Of a stretch of 64,000 bases of DNA, positions 29,532-37,599 are shown one piece after another. The translations under genes and the position numbers were made by a program. Source of the stretch: Promethearchaeota archaeon (GTDB taxonomy: Archaea > Asgardarchaeota > Lokiarchaeia > Sigyniarchaeales > SOKP01). Numbering within the stretch: position 1 is the stretch's first letter; each line of letters starts with the position of its first letter. The stretch lies in contig JBHLNF010000002.1 of NCBI GenBank assembly GCA_048937405.1, forward strand, positions 160,001 to 224,000, given 5' to 3'. Below the pieces are notes generated by a model that ran no database searches, was not told the DNA's origin, and was given only the letters and a program-made list of their open reading frames with translations.

Positions 29532-30719
29532 ATGATTCCTTCTTTTAGTTTAGCTAGAATCCCATATATAATTTTTGGTGTAGGGAAATTAGATGAATTA
29601 TATAAAATTATTCCTAGATATGGAAAGAATGTTTTATTTGTAATTGGTGGAAGATCTCTTAAACAATCAGGAGTATGGGAAGAAATTACTTCAAATTTAA
29701 GGATAATTTCAACTAATTATTCATTGATTTCTATTTCAAATGAACCATCTCCAAATCTTATAGATGAAAATGCTGAAAAATTTAAAGATAAACCACTTAA
29801 TCTCGTTGTGGGTATTGGTGGAGGTAGTGTCATTGATGCAGGAAAAGCAATTTCTGCTATGCTAACAAAAAATGATTCTATTGAAAATTATCTTGAAGGA
29901 GTGGGAACAAAAATTTATGATGGAAAGAAGGTTCCCTATATCGCAATTCCGACTACATCTGGGACGGGAAGTGAAGCGACTAAAAATGCAGTAATTAGTA
30001 GAGTTGGACCTAACGGTTATAAAAAATCACTTCGTCATGATAATCTAGTACCTGATATTGCCATAATTGATCCTCAACTAATGATTTCTTGTCCCTCATC
30101 AATTTCAGCTGCTTGTGGAATGGACTCATTCACACAATTACTTGAGGCTTATGTATCCCCTAAGGGAAACCCAATTACAGACACTTTAGCATATAATGGT
30201 ATGAAGTATGTGAGTGAAAATATTTTTTTAGCATGTACTAGTGGATCATCAGATGTAAATGTAAGAGCAGCAATGGCTTATGGATCATTAATATCTGGAA
30301 TTGTTCTTGCAAATGCGGGACTAGGAATTATTCATGGTTTAGCATCTTCGATTGGAGGAATGTTTGAAATACCTCATGGGGTTGTATGCGGAACCCTTCT
30401 CGCTGACGCTACTAAAATTAATATTAAAGTGCTTCAAAAACAAGAATCTGAAGGAAAAGAATCCTTAAAGAAACACGCTCAAATAGGAGCTTTATTAGAA
30501 GGTAAATATCAAATAGAAGAAGGAATGATCGATCAATATTGCTTAAGATTAATTGAAAAACTTGAAGAATGGATATCTAAATTAAAAATTAATCGTTTAG
30601 GAAAATATGGAATTAAAAATAAAGATGTTGAGAAAATTATAGAAAAAACTGGATTAAAAAATAATCCTGTTTATTTAAATAAGGAAGATATTAAAAGCAT
30701 TATTTTAAATAGGTTGTAA
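29532..30719 (+). CDS. Iron-containing alcohol dehydrogenase
   Basis: GIGGGSVIDAGK, IPTTSGTGSE, GLGIIHG and PHG motifs. Confidence 0.93.
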   Translation: MIPSFSLARIPYIIFGVGKLDELYKIIPRYGKNVLFVIGGRSLKQSGVWEEITSNLRIISTNYSLISISNEPSPNLIDENAEKFKDKPLNLVVGIGGGSVIDAGKAISAMLTKNDSIENYLEGVGTKIYDGKKVPYIAIPTTSGTGSEATKNAVISRVGPNGYKKSLRHDNLVPDIAIIDPQLMISCPSSISAACGMDSFTQLLEAYVSPKGNPITDTLAYNGMKYVSENIFLACTSGSSDVNVRAAMAYGSLISGIVLANAGLGIIHGLASSIGGMFEIPHGVVCGTLLADATKINIKVLQKQESEGKESLKKHAQIGALLEGKYQIEEGMIDQYCLRLIEKLEEWISKLKINRLGKYGIKNKDVEKIIEKTGLKNNPVYLNKEDIKSIILNRL

Positions 30720-30743
30720 AAATCAATGTTTAACAAAAATTTT

Positions 30744-31274
30744 TCATAAGTTTTTGACTAGTTCTCTCGCTAATAACTCAAAAGCTAAATCGACATTTTC
30801 CCCTGTTTTAGAAGAAATTTTTATGAATTCTAATAAATTATACTCATCTTTATAATATGAGATGTACTCTTCATTTATCATAATTTCTTCTGTTAAATCT
30901 AGTTTCGTACCTATAAACATAATTGGAATTTTAATGTCATTTGGTTGACAAATATTAATCCATTCATCTATTCGCTCCAAACTTGAAATTCTGGTAAGAT
31001 CAAAAAGCAATAATGCCCCTCTAGCCCCTACTGCATATGTCTTTAACAAGGGTCTGAAATGATCTTGACCTCCAAAATCCCATATTTGAAGGAGAATTTT
31101 TTTTCCTTCGATCTCAATCTCTTTGAGAAAAAACTCTACTCCAATTGTAAGACGTGTGTCAGCAAGAAAAACACCTTCAACGTATCTATGTAGAAGAGTA
31201 GTTTTTCCAACACCCCCTTCCCCACATGTGATAACTTTTAATAGGATTGGCTTAGAGTTAGTCCTGTTTATCAT
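30744..31274 (-). CDS. Rab-like small GTPase
   Basis: GEGGVGKT, TIGVEF, WDFGGQ, GTKLD, SSKTG. Confidence 0.92.
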   Translation of the reverse strand: MINRTNSKPILLKVITCGEGGVGKTTLLHRYVEGVFLADTRLTIGVEFFLKEIEIEGKKILLQIWDFGGQDHFRPLLKTYAVGARGALLLFDLTRISSLERIDEWINICQPNDIKIPIMFIGTKLDLTEEIMINEEYISYYKDEYNLLEFIKISSKTGENVDLAFELLARELVKNL

Positions 31275-31341
31275 TTTTATTCTTTGAATAAATGATTATC
31301 TTCTAAAATGTAATCAACATTTTATATTTTTATTAATTTCT

Positions 31342-31785
31342 TTAAGTCCTCTCTATAGTTAAATATTTTTTTTGTCTAAGAAAAATCGTATTTATATGAC
31401 AGTTTAGTGCCTTTTTACGTAATTCTGAATCGTTTGTTGCTAAATAAACGTTATGTCCTTGTTTGCTAAAAACAATAGCTTTTTTTAGTAAAAAATCATC
31501 AGTAGTTTCATGAATATTTTTTGTATCTTCCATGGTTTTAATTTGAAAATCATTCCTTTTCTTTTCTAAATATGATAAACCTGCTTGAAGAAAGCTTCTA
31601 AATTTAGTAGCTTCTGGATCTCTTCTTTTTTTTGCCTTTAACTCATCTAATATTTGTTTAAATATAATAAATTTTAATTCTCCTTCAAGAATTCCTCTAA
31701 TTTCAAGAAAATAATCTATTTTAAACTGAAAAGGAAGTAAAATGAAATTGGAATCAATAATCACTATATTGGTTTTAGATTTCAA
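31342..31785 (-). CDS. PIN-domain protein (Fcf1/Utp24-like)
   Basis: IIDSNF, ILDEL, TDD.L, LATND.ELR, FLRQKK. Confidence 0.85.
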   Translation of the reverse strand: MKSKTNIVIIDSNFILLPFQFKIDYFLEIRGILEGELKFIIFKQILDELKAKKRRDPEATKFRSFLQAGLSYLEKKRNDFQIKTMEDTKNIHETTDDFLLKKAIVFSKQGHNVYLATNDSELRKKALNCHINTIFLRQKKYLTIERT

Positions 31786-32303
31786 TAGGATTGGCGCTCT
31801 AATATATGTCTTGTTAAGATTTCAAAAACTTTATTTACATTTTCTCCTGTTTTTGAAGATATTTTGATAAAATCAATTAATTTAAATTCTTTCAAAAATG
31901 ATGTTGCATAGTCATCATCTACTTGGATATCATCTGCCAAATCTAATTTGGTGCCTATAAAAAGTACAGGAAGGTTTGGATCACCCTTTCTAACAATGTT
32001 AATCCATTGCTGCAAATTTTCAAGACTCATTAACCTCGTAAGGTCAAACATAAGAAGTGCTCCTTTCGCACCTAACACATAACTTTCCAGTAAAAATCTA
32101 AATCTTTCTTGGCCTCCAAAATCCCAGAGTTGCAAAGTACATTGTTTCGAATCAACCTCCGTCTCTTTTAGAAAAAATTCAACCCCTATTGTCATCTTTG
32201 TTTCTGCTGAAAATTTCCCCTCTACATATCTGTGAAGTAAAGTAGTTTTACCAACACCGCCCTCCCCTGCTGTTAATATTTTTAGAATGAATTTTTGTGG
32301 CAT
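31782..32303 (-). CDS. Rab-like small GTPase
   Basis: GEGGVGKT, TIGVEF, WDFGGQERF, GTKLD, SSKTG; its stop overlaps the PIN start (TTGA). Confidence 0.93.
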   Translation of the reverse strand: MPQKFILKILTAGEGGVGKTTLLHRYVEGKFSAETKMTIGVEFFLKETEVDSKQCTLQLWDFGGQERFRFLLESYVLGAKGALLMFDLTRLMSLENLQQWINIVRKGDPNLPVLFIGTKLDLADDIQVDDDYATSFLKEFKLIDFIKISSKTGENVNKVFEILTRHILERQSY

Positions 32304-32584
32304 TATAGTATTCTCTTTCTAATTTATGGATGAATAACTTTATGTTTTAATTATCCAGAGCTCCTTTTTAATGATTATTAAATCTTATGTTATAATAATA
32401 ATCTTAAAACGTATTAATATTCTTTTTTGAAAAGATATTTTTATGAAATAATAATTTTTTATTTTTGATTTTTATTGTATTTTTCAAATTTAAATAATTA
32501 AAAAAGATTTTGGAAAAAAAGATAACTAATATTGATGCAATAAATTCTAAAGCCTTTTTTTAGAAAAATTCATAAATATACTTA

Positions 32585-32890
32585 TTGGTGAATAAAATGA
32601 AAATGAACAAAAAAATGCCAACTGAGGAAGAATTATCCGATTTAAAAGTAAAGTCTTGGGGAACTTGGAGTAAAGAAGTTAGTGAATTTGATTGGTCATA
32701 TGGTGATACCGAAACTTGTTATATTTTGGAGGGGGAAGTAGAGGTTACTGATTCTGATACAGGAGAAAAAATTGAGTTTAAGAAAGGTGATCTTGTCCAA
32801 TTTGAGAAGGGTTTAAAATGTGTTTGGAATGTGAAAAGACCAATCCGAAAATATTTTAGTTTTGATTTAAAGTTTGGAGAAATTGATTAA
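32585..32890 (+). CDS. Cupin, DUF861/EutQ-like
   Basis: W..W....SEFDW.Y...ETCYILEGEV; GDLV.F..G..C.W.V..PIRK. Confidence 0.88.
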   Translation: MVNKMKMNKKMPTEEELSDLKVKSWGTWSKEVSEFDWSYGDTETCYILEGEVEVTDSDTGEKIEFKKGDLVQFEKGLKCVWNVKRPIRKYFSFDLKFGEID

Positions 32891-32990
32891 ATCATTTTTT
32901 TTTTTAATATTTTTATTTTATTTTTAAAGCTTTTAACTATAGTTTTGAATAGATTATCAAACAAAAATAAATTCAATTAAATGATTAAAA

Positions 32991-33455
32991 ATAGAGACTA
33001 ATTCAATAATTGACTTAAATACATTAGGAGTCGCACAATTAGGGTATATGTATAAAGATGTTGAAAAACAAGCTCAATTAATGGAAATTACTCTTGGAAT
33101 TCCAAAGTTTGCTATATTAGTAGGAACAAATCCGATTATATATCATGGAGAAAAATTGGAATATACCATGAAAATTGCCATAAGTCGATGGTTAAATACC
33201 CAGATAGAATTAATTCAACCACTAAAGGGTTAGAATATTCATACAGAGTTTATTAAAAAGCGTAAAGATGGATTACATCATACTAATGCCATTGTAGAGG
33301 AACTTGAACCTTACATTGAAGCTTTTAGAAATAGAGGATTTCAAGTTCTGCAATCTGGTCAAATAAGAAAACAAAAATTCTTATATTTTGATACCAAAAA
33401 GGCATTTGGACTAATAATGGAAATCCAGATGATACAAAAAAGAAGAAAATTATGA
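32991..33455 (+). pseudogene. VOC/glyoxalase (methylmalonyl-CoA epimerase-like) gene with an in-frame TAG
   Basis: QLGY.YKD...QIELIQPLKG*NIHTEFIKKRKDGLHH..YFDTKKAFGLIMEI. TAG at 33231-33233; the frame continues to TGA at 33453-33455. Start uncertain. Confidence 0.8.
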
Positions 33456-33477
33456 TAAATAAAATTAAATCAGATCT

Positions 33478-34020
33478 TTATGCAAATCTTTGTTTTTCTT
33501 TATGTTCTTTTACACTGATTTCCCTTTCACGGAGTCTATTAAGCTTAATCAAAGTTTCCTTAATAGATTTAACTTCTGCTCGAGTTGTAATTTTAAAGTC
33601 TTTTAAGTTATCAAGAATTTCTTTTTCTGTGAAGCCTTTATTATAAACATCTATATATTTTTCAATAGTTTTTTCATGATAGAATATGTATTGTTTATTT
33701 AGAAAAGTAATTAACCAACCTTTATTTCCTTGTTTTTGAGATAAATTAAATAATTCATCTCGAATTTTCTTCAATGGACGATTAAACTTTTTTGCTATTA
33801 GTTCATCTTCTACCTTATAAAATTTATTCAGAAATTTACGAAGCTTTTTATGAAAAAACAATTCTGGGATAAATGACAATATAAATAATATTAAAGTAAT
33901 TCCACTCATCCATAAAGCTATTAAGGGTTGATAAATAGCAACAATGATAATAACTAATATAAGGAATATAAACCATTTTCTTCCAATGTCTATAAGAACT
34001 TTTTTCCACTTTTTTGGCAA
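33478..34020 (-). CDS. Hypothetical membrane protein
   Basis: Two N-terminal TM helices followed by a basic soluble domain. Confidence 0.7.
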   Translation of the reverse strand: MPKKWKKVLIDIGRKWFIFLILVIIIVAIYQPLIALWMSGITLILFILSFIPELFFHKKLRKFLNKFYKVEDELIAKKFNRPLKKIRDELFNLSQKQGNKGWLITFLNKQYIFYHEKTIEKYIDVYNKGFTEKEILDNLKDFKITTRAEVKSIKETLIKLNRLREREISVKEHKEKQRFA

Positions 34021-34113
34021 GGTTTCACTGAAAGAACAATTTAGTATTAATTAAGGTTAGAATTTATAATATAAAAACTTAATTTAAGAAGAGATAAAAA
34101 AATATTATTGAAG

Positions 34114-34296
34114 TTTAACCACATTTACTCACGTGACCGGGTATTTTCCTTGTAGGCCATGACCGTAAGCTAACTTACAGTTTGTAGTTTCCCATAGATC
34201 GCAACTACAGTACTATCTACAACGCATACGAGTTTAACTTCCGGGTTCGGATGGTTCCAGCGCAGTAGCGAATTGCTACAAAGTAATGTGGTTAAA
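34114..34296 (-). other. Processing stem with a bulge-helix-bulge flanking the permuted 5S rRNA
   Basis: Terminal inverted repeat UUUAACCACAUU (34296-34285) / AAUGUGGUUAAA (34125-34114). GCG pairs with CGU; central 4-bp helix CUGG (34260-34257)/CCGG (34140-34137); 3-nt bulges AAC and UCA, each 3' of the helix. Confidence 0.8.
34135..34254 (-). rRNA. rrf: 5S rRNA gene, circularly permuted (3' part 34254-34174 precedes 5' part 34169-34135)
   Basis: Minus strand: CCAUCCGAACCCGGAAGUUAAACUCGUAUGCGUUGUAGAUAGUACUGUAGUUGCGAUCUAUGGGAAACUACAAACUGUAAG-UUAG-CUUACGGUCAUGGCCUACAAGGAAAAUACCCGGUC. It contains the 5S hallmarks CCGAAC.CGGAAGUUAA, loop E AGUA/GAA, GG.CAU and ACCCGG; helix I is CUUACGG/CUGUAAG. 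Length 120 nt. Confidence 0.88.
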
Positions 34297-34301
34297 AAAG
34301 C

Positions 34302-34339
34302 TATTTATAACCAATATATAAGGTCGGTTATTTTATAAG
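34302..34339 (-). promoter_or_regulatory. Candidate TATA boxes for the 5S precursor
   Basis: Minus strand CTTATAAAAT, CTTATATATT and GTTATAAATA. The middle one (34322-34313) lies ~25 nt upstream of the start of the terminal stem. Confidence 0.45.
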
Positions 34340-34446
34340 AAAATACCTACTTATATGGTTACAAGTAAATAGGAATAATAAACGCTAATAATTAAAATTT
34401 TTGCTTTTAAACGTTAACTTTAAAAGGAATAAACATAGGAGTTTAA

Positions 34447-34989
34447 ATGCTAATGATATTTCAAATAATACTCCAAGGAGTAGAATGGTATCAATTCGTA
34501 ATTAATGCAATTATAACGATTATTGGTAGAATACTTGATATGGTAAGTACTAGGTATGTTACTAAAGAATTAAAACTGGAGACTAATAAAATAGCAAGAC
34601 GCATTGGTTGGAAGGGAATGATCTTATTACAAATCCCTATCATAGTGTTAGGTTCATTGGATTTTTATATAAGTTTTTTTATATTGTGGTGGAGTGTTTT
34701 TTTATTTGCTAATAATATAGAAGGAAGTTGGTATATTAGAGAAGCGGGAGAAGAAAAATATCAGAAAGAAATTAAATTAAAATTAGAGAAATCAAAAAAT
34801 TGGAAAATCATATTTGGTGAATTATCTTCATTATTTAAATATACTCTGGTAGGAATTTTTATTATAGTTTTTTTATTTATATTCAAAGATTTTTTAGCTA
34901 TATTTCTTATTGCTTTAGCGCTAATTGTTCAGGGAGTAGTTGGAGCAATAAACTCTATTTTATATCTACTAGATCTAAAGAAAAATTAG
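34447..34989 (+). CDS. Hypothetical multi-pass membrane protein
   Basis: About five hydrophobic segments; D..ST and E.N motif. Confidence 0.7.
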   Translation: MLMIFQIILQGVEWYQFVINAIITIIGRILDMVSTRYVTKELKLETNKIARRIGWKGMILLQIPIIVLGSLDFYISFFILWWSVFLFANNIEGSWYIREAGEEKYQKEIKLKLEKSKNWKIIFGELSSLFKYTLVGIFIIVFLFIFKDFLAIFLIALALIVQGVVGAINSILYLLDLKKN

Positions 34990-35018
34990 CATAAGAAATC
35001 TTAAAAAAAACACCTTTC

Positions 35019-37148
35019 TTAACCTATTTTTTCAATTTCTTTAATAATTCGGGAATATTTTAGGAAATATTTTACGAACGTGAAAATTGTAATTCCTATT
35101 GTAGCTATAATCAAAAATGTAAATGTTATAAGTAATATACTAGTTAAAGTTTCAGATACATAAAATTTGAATCCAGGATTATTGAAGATATTAGAATTAT
35201 TAGCATAGTCTCGTGAAATAATGCAATAGGAATAATCACCTGAAGTTAGTCTATCTATTGTAATTTTAAATAGCTCTTTATTATATTCATAATTATTTAT
35301 AGAAACATAATAAAAGTAAGTCTTAAAATTATTTTTTGATATTAACAAATAAACACTTTCTATTCCAGAATTATTATCATAGGTTTCAATAATAAAAGTT
35401 ATTTGATTAGAAGTAGAAGGATTATGAGGTATTATTTCTAGTCCATTTAATTGGGGAATAGTTATATCAGAGAGAGTAGTAAAATTAAAATGAGTTGGGA
35501 CTAAATTATGTCCAGTAATGATAACATTATAATCTTCATTTGGTTGAGCAGGTAATCGAAAACTCACTGATCCATTTTCATCAGCATATGTTGTAAAATA
35601 TTTACCATCAGAGGATTCCAAATGAATTCTTCCATAGGGAATGATATTGTTATCAATATCTTTTAATATGATTGAAACTAATTGTCCTTCGTATATATTC
35701 CCAGTAAATGGATTTGATGCTACTTTAGGTTTGTTAGTATAGACATCGAGTTCAGGATCACCCAAAAGACAATAGGTTAAAATGTTTTTACGTTCGAAAT
35801 CTAAATCTGTTGAAGTTGCTCCTCTATTATAATAATCACTATTAATATAAGCAACTTTTGAATCATAAAGCGCCATTCCTTGCTGAAATTTTTTATTGAC
35901 AAAAAATTCTCTCCAAAATAATTTAGCATTACCACGATTTAATTTCTCCAGATTTTCATCATTTTCAAGATACCAAGTGACTCTTAATCCTCCAATTGCC
36001 CCAATAGCTCCACCATCTTCTTTTTTTATTAATGTTTCCCCTACACTATTATTATAATCATAACTAGCGGTTGAACAGGCGTCTAAATAGATTAGAGAAG
36101 GCATATTTTCATTTAAACAATTATTAGCATTTGAAGAAGAATATCCAGGACTAGAGGGGGTTCTATAATAAGCTGTTGGTATACCATGTCCTGCCATTAA
36201 TACAGTAGAATATCCATTATCAAAATAATTAGAAAGAGCCGTTTGTGTAAGATTACCAGCTTCTCCTACTAAGTGAGTATAATTTAGTACATCTGCAGCA
36301 TAATTTTCTATAATATAGCCAGTTAAGCGACTTTCATATTCTCCATCAGGATCTTCACTAGTGGGATAATCAGAAATTCCCCCTGCTAATAACATCCGAT
36401 TCATCCAATCACCCACTAATGGATTAGTTTCATATTGCAATGTTTTATTTACCATAATTTCAAGTTGATAAGAATTATCCGCTGGTAGTCTCCCTACATA
36501 CACTTCAGGAATCCATGATATTTCATCCAAACCATAAGAATTATCTCGCGGAGCTTCTCCCCATATTGAATCATCATCATTATCCCATGTACCTGTAAGA
36601 TCAGCATAATAATAATCTGTTGGTTTATATTCCTCATTACCAACAGTTTCAGATCTTCCGTCCCCCCATCTTGAAACATCAGGATTATATACTTTTCTTA
36701 TAGGAATTAGATTATCTTGAGCGTCACCTGCCAAAAGAACCCATCGAATATTTTCTTTTTCATAATAATCCTTGATCATATTTCGAATTTTTTCAGCATT
36801 ATCTCTTCCTTCATATAAAGAATAGTTACTTAAAATAATTGTTTTTACTCCTTTTTCATTTTTCCATTCCATTAAAGGCGTAACACCATTAATAAAACCG
36901 CTATTGTTTGGAGTAATAATCAACATTTCGATTTTTGGGTTATACCAGAGATCATTTAGTGAAGAATAATTAGTTTCTGGCAAAAAAGTCAAATCTAACT
37001 CCAAATCTCCATTAGATGTTTTAATTTTTGTAGAGATATTATTTGTAGAATTTAACAGGTTAGCATTTTGGCTTATATTGATCAGTGGCACAAGAGCAAA
37101 AACGACTACTGAAAAGTAGATAATTTTTTTAATAGATAATCTAACCAT
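35019..37148 (-). CDS. C25 (gingipain-like) cysteine peptidase, membrane anchored
   Basis: WK.EKG, VLLAGD, TDYYYADL, EVYVGRLP; catalytic GHG and DACST; LLGDP; signal peptide and C-terminal TM helix. Confidence 0.9.
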   Translation of the reverse strand: MVRLSIKKIIYFSVVVFALVPLINISQNANLLNSTNNISTKIKTSNGDLELDLTFLPETNYSSLNDLWYNPKIEMLIITPNNSGFINGVTPLMEWKNEKGVKTIILSNYSLYEGRDNAEKIRNMIKDYYEKENIRWVLLAGDAQDNLIPIRKVYNPDVSRWGDGRSETVGNEEYKPTDYYYADLTGTWDNDDDSIWGEAPRDNSYGLDEISWIPEVYVGRLPADNSYQLEIMVNKTLQYETNPLVGDWMNRMLLAGGISDYPTSEDPDGEYESRLTGYIIENYAADVLNYTHLVGEAGNLTQTALSNYFDNGYSTVLMAGHGIPTAYYRTPSSPGYSSSNANNCLNENMPSLIYLDACSTASYDYNNSVGETLIKKEDGGAIGAIGGLRVTWYLENDENLEKLNRGNAKLFWREFFVNKKFQQGMALYDSKVAYINSDYYNRGATSTDLDFERKNILTYCLLGDPELDVYTNKPKVASNPFTGNIYEGQLVSIILKDIDNNIIPYGRIHLESSDGKYFTTYADENGSVSFRLPAQPNEDYNVIITGHNLVPTHFNFTTLSDITIPQLNGLEIIPHNPSTSNQITFIIETYDNNSGIESVYLLISKNNFKTYFYYVSINNYEYNKELFKITIDRLTSGDYSYCIISRDYANNSNIFNNPGFKFYVSETLTSILLITFTFLIIATIGITIFTFVKYFLKYSRIIKEIEKIG

Positions 37149-37250
37149 TTATTATCAATAATTACAAATTTTTATTTTTATAGTTATTATAAAGAATAAG
37201 AATATAATAATAAGAATCTAATTATTATAACAGAAAATCATTTTGCTTTC

Positions 37251-37469
37251 ATGCCACTTCGATTTAACTTTTGTCCACACTGTGATGGAAAGATAACCTT
37301 TAGAATTGAGATGGAGGATATTGATTCAAAAAAATATCCCGCTCCAGTATACATAATCTGTCATTCATGTAAAAAACTCTCAACATTTTATGTGGATAGT
37401 CTTTTAAGAGTATCTTATAAAGAACTCGAAAAAAAACCAGGTGGCATAAAATCTATTAAAACAGAATAA
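37251..37469 (+). CDS. Small zinc-ribbon protein
   Basis: CPHC...YPAP..I.CHSC..FYVD. Confidence 0.7.
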   Translation: MPLRFNFCPHCDGKITFRIEMEDIDSKKYPAPVYIICHSCKKLSTFYVDSLLRVSYKELEKKPGGIKSIKTE

Positions 37470-37599
37470 AAGAAATAATTCTAACGCTAAGTTGTATTAA
37501 ATTATCAAATTTATTGATTAATTTAATAAAAAATCTTTTCTTAATTTTTCTTAGGAACAATATAATCGGCTTGCTATATTACCTTAAAAATTTACTATC

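Noticed and set aside
34114-34296. tRNA, intron-containing tRNA or MITE interpretation of the inverted-repeat-bounded element
   Set aside because: No cloverleaf or T-loop and no evident target-site duplication; the interior is fully explained by 5S rRNA motifs and the ends by a processing stem.
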